Assembly: GCA_038236695.1 (NCBI GenBank)
Contig: JBBRZM010000001.1
Span: 14,177 to 78,176, forward strand
Source: Acidimicrobiia bacterium
GTDB lineage: Bacteria; Actinomycetota; Acidimicrobiia; IMCC26256; JBBRZM01
Reading direction: 5' to 3'
Length of the DNA: 64,000 nt
Under the pieces are notes generated by a model, which saw only the letters and a program-made list of their open reading frames with translations, searched no databases and was not told the origin of the DNA. How positions within the stretch are numbered: position 1 is the stretch's first letter; the number at the start of each line of letters is the position of its first letter. The translations under genes and the position numbers were made by a program. This document shows, piece by piece, positions 58,097 through 64,000 of the stretch.

Positions 58097-59412
58097 CCGG
58101 TGACTTCATGTCGGGCAATGGGCGTGCGGTACCGGGCGAACTCGGGCACGGCCAGCGCGAGCACGCCCACCCCGACGATGCACGCAAGGCCCCCGGACAC
58201 CACCGAAATTGTCGGCGTGAAGAGGGACGCAACAACACCGGCCTCGAAGTCGCCGAGGCGCGGGCCGCCCGTCACGACGAGGATATGGACCGCCGAGATG
58301 CGGCCCCGGAGATCGTCGGGTACCGAGAGCTGCAGGATCGTGCTGCGGAACACCGCCGAGATGACATCGGCGGCGCCTGCGACCGCGAGACAGCTGAACG
58401 CGAGCCACAACTGTGGACCCGTCAAGCCGAAAGCCGCGATGCCGAGGCCCCACACGCTGACTGCCACCAGCACCGCGAGGCCTTGGCGGCGGACCCGCTG
58501 GACCCAGCCGGTGCTGAGCGCGCCGAGGAGGGCGCCAACCGCGGCAGCAGAGAACAGCGCCCCGACGACCTCGTCACCCTGGTGGAACTGGGTCAGCGCC
58601 AGGATCGGAAAGAGCGCCCTGGGCATCCCGAAGATCATCGCGATCAAGTCGACGATGAACGTCGACTGCAGCACGCGCCGGCCGCGGAGGTACCGGAAAC
58701 CCTCGAGCAGCCGTTGCCAGTTGCTCGCCGGACCCGGGTCATCCACGACGAGTTCGCGCCGCGGTGGCGCCGGGTTCATCAGCATCGCGGCGACGATCGT
58801 TGCGCCGAAGCTGGCCGCGTCGATGCCGTAGGCCCACGGCAGTCCCGCCTGGGCCACGATCACCCCGCCGACGGCCGGTCCCGCGATCAGACAGGTGTTC
58901 CACATCACCTGGTTGATCGCGAGCGCGTTCGGCAGCTGCGCAGCGGGCACCAACGCCGGCGTCATCGCGGAGCGGGTCGACAGGGAGAAGCCGGCCAAAC
59001 CTGCCGCGAGCGCACCAGCGGTGTACACGAGCACGAGCGGTGGATGTTTCGCAACCGCCGCCCCGAGCAGCACCAGCGACGTCGTGGCCTGCACGCACTG
59101 ACTGATGATCAAGAGCCGGCGGCGATCGACATGGTCGATCAGCGGACTGGCGAAGAAGGTCGTCAGGATCAGCGCCGCGAGCTGCACCAGACCGATCGCG
59201 CCGACGGCAACAGCGGAGCCGGTGAGCCGAAAAACCTGGATATAGAGCGCGACCAGTGTGATCTGCGAGCCGGTCTCCGACACGAGCTCGCCCGTCATCA
59301 ACAGCCGGAAATCGCGGGCCGTGCGCAGTGGCGTGATATCGACGGCCAGGCGGCCGAACGCGCGGCGCACTCGCGCGGCGCGCCGGCGCGGCGGGGCATC
59401 TTCGGGCGGCAT
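58093..59412 (-). CDS. MFS transporter (EntS-like)
   Basis: About 12 TM segments. Start taken at ATG 59412, just after the P450 stop. Confidence 0.8.
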   Translation of the reverse strand: MPPEDAPPRRRAARVRRAFGRLAVDITPLRTARDFRLLMTGELVSETGSQITLVALYIQVFRLTGSAVAVGAIGLVQLAALILTTFFASPLIDHVDRRRLLIISQCVQATTSLVLLGAAVAKHPPLVLVYTAGALAAGLAGFSLSTRSAMTPALVPAAQLPNALAINQVMWNTCLIAGPAVGGVIVAQAGLPWAYGIDAASFGATIVAAMLMNPAPPRRELVVDDPGPASNWQRLLEGFRYLRGRRVLQSTFIVDLIAMIFGMPRALFPILALTQFHQGDEVVGALFSAAAVGALLGALSTGWVQRVRRQGLAVLVAVSVWGLGIAAFGLTGPQLWLAFSCLAVAGAADVISAVFRSTILQLSVPDDLRGRISAVHILVVTGGPRLGDFEAGVVASLFTPTISVVSGGLACIVGVGVLALAVPEFARYRTPIARHEVTG

Positions 59413-59417
59413 TGTGG

Positions 59418-60623
59418 CTAGAAGCTGACCGGCAGCGCCGTGAGCCCCCGCAGCACAACGTGCTCCCGCCACTCGGGCTCGTCGACCGTGACCAAAAGGT
59501 TCGGAAACCGGCGAATGAGCCGCGGGATCGCGAGCTGACCCTCGAGCCGAGCGAGCGCGGCCCCGAGGCAGTAGTGGATCCCAACGCCAAACGCGAGGTG
59601 ATGGAGGTTGGCGCGCTCGAGGTCGAGGCGGTCAGGTTCGTCGAACACGTCGGGATCACGGTTCGCCGCGCCCAAGCTCACGATGGCGGCCTCGCCGGCG
59701 CGCACAGTCACCCCGGCCAGCTCGACATCTTCGAGCGCGGTGCGCCCGTCGTATTGCACGGGACTGTCGTATCGGAGCAGCTCCTCGACTGCGACGCGGT
59801 CGAGCGCAGGGTCTTCGCGAAGGTGTGTCAGCTGGTCGGGATGGCGCAGAAGGGCGAGCGTGCCGTTGCCGATGAGATTGGCGGTGGTCTCGTGACCGGC
59901 GAGGAGCAGCAGCACACACGTCGACATGAGCTCCTCGATGCTCAGTCGATCGCCTGCTTCCTCGACCGCCAGCAGCTCGCTCACGAGATCATCGTCGGGC
60001 TCGCGCCGGTGCCGCTCGAAGAACGCGGCAAAGTACTCCATGAACCACGCACCGGCGACCAGCCCGCGCTCGAGCACCTCGGGATCGGTGATCGGGTCGA
60101 GCAGCCGGGTGGCATCAGCCGACCATCGGTGGAACTCGTCGCGATCGGCCTCGGGGATTCCGAGCATCTCGCAGATCACCGCGACCGGCAACGGGTACGC
60201 GAAATCCGCGATCAGATCCATCGATCCCGTGTCGGCCGCACGTTCGAGCAGCGCGTCGACCAGCGTGACGATCCGGGGGCGCAGATGTTCCACGACCTTC
60301 GGCGTGAACGCCCGGCTCACGAGCGCACGGAGCCGCGTGTGATCCGGCGGGTCCAGAAAGAGAAGCGTTTGGCCCTTCGTGCCCTCCATCGCCTGACGCT
60401 GGTCGCGTCCGGTGGCGTCGTCCGGGTTGCGATGACTCGGATCGCTCGAGAACCGCGCTGCGTCGCGCAGCACCGCCATGACGTCCGCGTGGCGGGTGAA
60501 GAGCCATTGGCCGGTGCGGTTGCGATGTGCGGGCTCGTGTTCCCGCAGCCACCGAAACGTGGGGAACGGATCAGCCCGGACCGCCGGATCGGCGGGATCG
60601 AAGTGGAACGTCACGGACGCCAT
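59418..60623 (-). CDS. cytochrome P450
   Basis: Heme-binding FGVGIHYCLGAALA, ExxR (EELLR) and I-helix LLLAGHETT. Start at ATG 60623. Confidence 0.85.
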   Translation of the reverse strand: MASVTFHFDPADPAVRADPFPTFRWLREHEPAHRNRTGQWLFTRHADVMAVLRDAARFSSDPSHRNPDDATGRDQRQAMEGTKGQTLLFLDPPDHTRLRALVSRAFTPKVVEHLRPRIVTLVDALLERAADTGSMDLIADFAYPLPVAVICEMLGIPEADRDEFHRWSADATRLLDPITDPEVLERGLVAGAWFMEYFAAFFERHRREPDDDLVSELLAVEEAGDRLSIEELMSTCVLLLLAGHETTANLIGNGTLALLRHPDQLTHLREDPALDRVAVEELLRYDSPVQYDGRTALEDVELAGVTVRAGEAAIVSLGAANRDPDVFDEPDRLDLERANLHHLAFGVGIHYCLGAALARLEGQLAIPRLIRRFPNLLVTVDEPEWREHVVLRGLTALPVSF

Positions 60624-60783
60624 TGTGTCCGCTCGGTGCCGCGGGTCGCTGTTCGAATGCACGCTGATGACCTCGTGCCAACCCGCCGGCCGCGCTCGAT
60701 ATTCCGACCGTTTCGCTGGCATTTTCGAGGAGGCGTCGGTAATCTCGTAATCCCTACACAACGATGACGAAAGAGGCGACGAG

Positions 60784-61419
60784 ATGGCTGTACGACTTGG
60801 CGACGATGCCCCCGACTTCACCGCCGAGACGACGGAGGGCACGGTCAACTTCTACGACTACCTCGGCGACAGCTGGGGGATGCTGTTCTCCCACCCGAAA
60901 GACTTCACTCCGGTGTGCACCACCGAGCTCGGAGCATTCGCGAAGCGCAAGGGCGAGTTCGACAAGCGCAACGTGAAGCTCATCGGCATCAGCGTCGACC
61001 CGCTCGAGTCGCACGAGGGTTGGACCGCCGACATCGAGGAGACCCAGGGCGCGGCGCTCAACTACCCGTTGATCGCCGACCCCGACCGCAAGGTCGCGGA
61101 CCTCTACGACATGATCCACCCCAACGCGAACGACACGATGACCGTGCGGTCGGTGTTCATCATCGGGCCCGACAAGAAGGTGAAGCTCATCATCACCTAC
61201 CCGGCGAGCACGGGACGCAACGTCGATGAGCTGCTCCGCGTGATCGATTCGCTCCAGCTCACCGCGAAATACAGCGTCGCGACGCCGGTCAACTGGACCG
61301 ACGGTGACGACGTGATCATCGTGCCGGCCGTGTCCGACGATGACGCGAAGGCGAAGTTCCCGAAGGGTTGGAAGGCGCTGAAGCCGTACCTGCGAATCAC
61401 ACCGCAGCCCAACAAGTAA
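60784..61419 (+). CDS. 1-Cys peroxiredoxin (Prx6-like)
   Basis: 211 aa. Peroxidatic motif HPKDFTPVCTTE with an ordinary Cys codon. Confidence 0.9.
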   Translation: MAVRLGDDAPDFTAETTEGTVNFYDYLGDSWGMLFSHPKDFTPVCTTELGAFAKRKGEFDKRNVKLIGISVDPLESHEGWTADIEETQGAALNYPLIADPDRKVADLYDMIHPNANDTMTVRSVFIIGPDKKVKLIITYPASTGRNVDELLRVIDSLQLTAKYSVATPVNWTDGDDVIIVPAVSDDDAKAKFPKGWKALKPYLRITPQPNK

Positions 61420-61447
61420 CGCACAGCACGAACGACGCGTCGTGAGG

Positions 61448-61473
61448 GAGCCGGTCGCCTGCGCGGCCGGCTT
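61448..61473. terminator. GC-rich hairpin between convergent prx and M23 genes
   Basis: 10-11-bp stem (AGCCGGUCGC / GCGGCCGGCU, with one G-U pair) and a CUGC loop. It lies about 30 nt after the prx stop and about 40 nt after the M23 stop, and has only a short T run. Confidence 0.4.
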
Positions 61474-61512
61474 CCGCGCGTGACGACCGGCCGATACGGA
61501 ACCAGCCGACGG

Positions 61513-62715
61513 TCAGAGATAGCCCATCGGATCGACGGGCGTGCCGTTGACGCGCACCTCGAAGTGCAGGTGCGGGCCGGTCGAGAAGCCGGTCGAGCCT
61601 ACGTACCCGATGACCTGGCCGACGGTCACATGCTGGCCGGCCGACACCGCGACCCGCGATTGGTGCCCGTACAAGGTCGCGAGGCCGCCGCCGTGGTCGA
61701 TCAGCACCACGTTGCCGTATCCGCCCATCGGCCCGGCGCTCACGACCACGCCATCGCCGGCGGCGTGGATCGGTGTGCCGTACGGCGGGCCGAAATCGAT
61801 GCCGGTGTGCATGCGGAGGACGTGAAGGATCGGGTGCATCCGCATGCCGAAGGGGCTGGTGATCGGCCCGTCGACGGGATGCTTGAACCGACCATTGCCC
61901 GCGCGCACCGTGCTCGGGCGGCCTCGGAGCTGGCTGGCGATCGCGTCGGACTCTGCTTTGAGCGCGTCGAGTTGACGCGTGAACTCGCCCTTCCGAGCTT
62001 GGATGGACGCAACGACGGCCTTCTCACGCGCCTCTTGGTCGACGAGAGCGAAGCGCGCTGGCTCCTGCTGCGCGCGCAGGGCGCTTACTTGACTGCGTTC
62101 ATGATCGGCTTCGGCTTGAATGGTCTCGGCCTTGACGCGCTGGTCGTCGAGCTGCGCCCGCTGCGTCGTGAGTTGATCGCGCAGCTTTCCGACTGCGCCG
62201 AGCGCGTGCTGGTTGTGGTCGGAGACAACCTCGATGTACTGACGGCCGCTGGCGTAATCGCTCGTGCCCGACGCGTCCGCGAGCAGCTGGAGGTCGCTCC
62301 CGTCCGCCGCGGTCTGATACAGCGCGGCTGCTGCCTCGTGGAACTGGCGGCGCGCGACCTTCAGCTGCGCTTCCGTCTTGCTGACGGCGGCAGCGACCGC
62401 GAGGTACTCCCCCGCCACCCGCTGGCGTTCGGCCTCCGCCTGATCGGCCCGTGCCGACGCGGCCGCGATCTTCCCGTCGAGCGAATGTAACAAGCCGTCG
62501 AGCTCGGTGCGCTTTGTGCGCACTGCTTGCAAGTCGGTCAGCGCGGCGCTCTCCTCGCGCGACGCCTCGCCGACGGCAGCTTGGAGCTCGCCCTCGCGAC
62601 CACCGTTGGGGTTGGTGCGCGCGGAAGCGGGCGCGGTCGGGACAAGGAGCAGCCCGCCCGCGGCGAGCACGGACAGCGCTTTTCGCAAGGGCATCTTTTG
62701 CATCATAAGCAACAC
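61513..62715 (-). CDS. coiled-coil M23 (LytM) peptidoglycan metalloendopeptidase
   Basis: Signal peptide, about 230 aa of coiled-coil, and an M23 domain with intact HTGIDF (HxxxD) and HLHFE (HxH). The exact start among the N-terminal Met codons is uncertain. Confidence 0.8.
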   Translation of the reverse strand: MLLMMQKMPLRKALSVLAAGGLLLVPTAPASARTNPNGGREGELQAAVGEASREESAALTDLQAVRTKRTELDGLLHSLDGKIAAASARADQAEAERQRVAGEYLAVAAAVSKTEAQLKVARRQFHEAAAALYQTAADGSDLQLLADASGTSDYASGRQYIEVVSDHNQHALGAVGKLRDQLTTQRAQLDDQRVKAETIQAEADHERSQVSALRAQQEPARFALVDQEAREKAVVASIQARKGEFTRQLDALKAESDAIASQLRGRPSTVRAGNGRFKHPVDGPITSPFGMRMHPILHVLRMHTGIDFGPPYGTPIHAAGDGVVVSAGPMGGYGNVVLIDHGGGLATLYGHQSRVAVSAGQHVTVGQVIGYVGSTGFSTGPHLHFEVRVNGTPVDPMGYL

Positions 62716-62834
62716 AGGTCACGCCAGCAACGCCAGTCACGCATGCATTGGCGGGAACTCAACACCCCTTGAAGCAGAAAGGATTTGACCTGTCCGTGGC
62801 GGCTCACCGCGCCTTGTGGTCAGGGTGGCGCTGA

Positions 62835-63725
62835 TCAGGTGCGCAGGAAGCGGCGCAGACCGATGCCCGAGCCGGCACCGCCGATGATCACCCCGAGCAG
62901 CAGCACGACGAAGGCGATTTGCACCGCGTCGCCGGTCGTGACGAAGAACCCGCCGAAGATCCCGTTGGGCTTGTTGAACCAGCGGTCGAAGCCGAGTTTC
63001 AACAGCAGCACCAGGCCGGCGGCAAACCCCGCGCCGAGCAAGCCCTGCACGAGCCCTTCGAGGATGAACGGCACCCGCACGAACCAGTTGGAGGCCCCGA
63101 CGAGCTTCATCACCTCGATCTCACGCCGGCGGGCATACGTCGCCAGGCGGATCGTGTTCACGATGAGGAAGAGCGAGGAAAGCAGCAAGACGCCCGACAG
63201 CACGAAGAAGATCACCCTGGTGGTCTTGGTCGCGGTGAGCAAGCCCTTGAGCGCGTCGGCGGGCGTCGCCACGCTCTTGACACCGGGACTTGACACGAAC
63301 TGGCGTTGGACGACCGGGGTGAGCTCCGCTTTCGCGGGCGCAACACGGAACGACTCGGGAAGATCTTTGGCCTGCACCGAACTGGTGAGGTCGGAGTTGT
63401 TGCGGTACAGCCGCTTGAACTCCTTGAGGGCGGCGTCGTGATTGAGATAGGTGAACGACTTGACCTGGCGCGGTTTCAGCCGTTCGAGCTGCTTGCGCAC
63501 GTCGGCGACCTGCTGGGGCGTCGCCTTCACGGTCATGAAGATCTCGAGGGTGACGCCACCCTTGATCTTGGCGGTGCCGTGGTCGACGAATCGCGAGAGC
63601 ACGAGGATGCCGCCGAACAGCGCCAGCGACACCGTGACCGTGAGGATGCCGGCCAGCGTCATCAGGAGGTTGCGCCGAAGCGAGATCAGCGTTTCCCGAG
63701 CGAAGTACCCCGCCTTCGAAAGCAC
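62835..63725 (-). CDS. ftsX: cell-division ABC transporter permease-like protein FtsX
   Basis: 296 aa. TM1, a large extracytoplasmic loop, then 3 TM segments. It follows ftsE. Confidence 0.9.
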   Translation of the reverse strand: MLSKAGYFARETLISLRRNLLMTLAGILTVTVSLALFGGILVLSRFVDHGTAKIKGGVTLEIFMTVKATPQQVADVRKQLERLKPRQVKSFTYLNHDAALKEFKRLYRNNSDLTSSVQAKDLPESFRVAPAKAELTPVVQRQFVSSPGVKSVATPADALKGLLTATKTTRVIFFVLSGVLLLSSLFLIVNTIRLATYARRREIEVMKLVGASNWFVRVPFILEGLVQGLLGAGFAAGLVLLLKLGFDRWFNKPNGIFGGFFVTTGDAVQIAFVVLLLGVIIGGAGSGIGLRRFLRT

Positions 63726-63728
63726 CGC

Positions 63729-64000
63729 TCAGCTCCCGACGCCGTAGACGCCACGGGCCTGGTCACGAACGAGCGAGCCGTGATCGAGCTCGACGACGCG
63801 CCGGCGCATGGCGTCGACGATGCGCTGGTCGTGGGTCGCCATGACGACAGTGGTGCCGGTGCGGTTGATGCGATCGAGGATGCGCATGATCCCGACGGTC
63901 GTGGCCGGGTCGAGGTTGCCGGTGGGCTCGTCGGCGAGCACGATGAGCGGCCGGTTGACGAAAGCCCGTGCCATCGACACGCGCTGCTGCTCACCACCGG
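63729..64000 (-). CDS. ftsE: cell-division ATP-binding protein FtsE (C-terminal part; 5' end outside window)
   Basis: Walker B/D-loop region [21 protein letters not shown] and H-loop MATHD. The frame is open to the window edge. Confidence 0.9.
   Translation of the reverse strand, partial: GGEQQRVSMARAFVNRPLIVLADEPTGNLDPATTVGIMRILDRINRTGTTVVMATHDQRIVDAMRRRVVELDHGSLVRDQARGVYGVGS

Overview
GC-rich actinobacterial-type chromosomal window, judged from TIGR03083/F420-LLM-type enzymes, CysO-Mec-CysM and synteny like M. tuberculosis Rv1334-Rv1341. From 1.7 to 23.4 kb there is one minus-strand housekeeping array: tig-clpP-clpX, valS-folC-ndk, mreBCD-mrdA-rodA, a radical-SAM/DUF2344 pair, rne, rplU-rpmA and obg-proB. 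From 23.4 to 35 kb lies a plasticity zone. It holds six tRNA genes (Pro, Gly, His, Arg, Lys, Leu), two half-tRNA direct repeats that mark decayed integration events, frameshifted or truncated genes, a secreted S8 protease with a 5x C-terminal repeat, and an orphan GAF histidine kinase. The most notable item there is a Bcp-type peroxiredoxin whose catalytic Cys codon is an in-frame TGA followed by a hairpin, which makes it a candidate selenoprotein with a SECIS element. From 35 to 45 kb there is a second minus-strand array: esterase, rdgB, rph, MBL hydrolase, murI, sua5, cysM-cysO-mec and a lone molybdopterin hydroxylase large subunit. smpB-ssrA (tmRNA) follow on the plus strand, then about 15 kb of accessory metabolic and transport genes, ending with M23 peptidase-ftsX-ftsE. 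A conserved 52-nt hairpin element occurs twice. I saw no rRNA, CRISPR array, transposase or integrase. All calls rest on reading the translations and sequence by eye; no database search was run.
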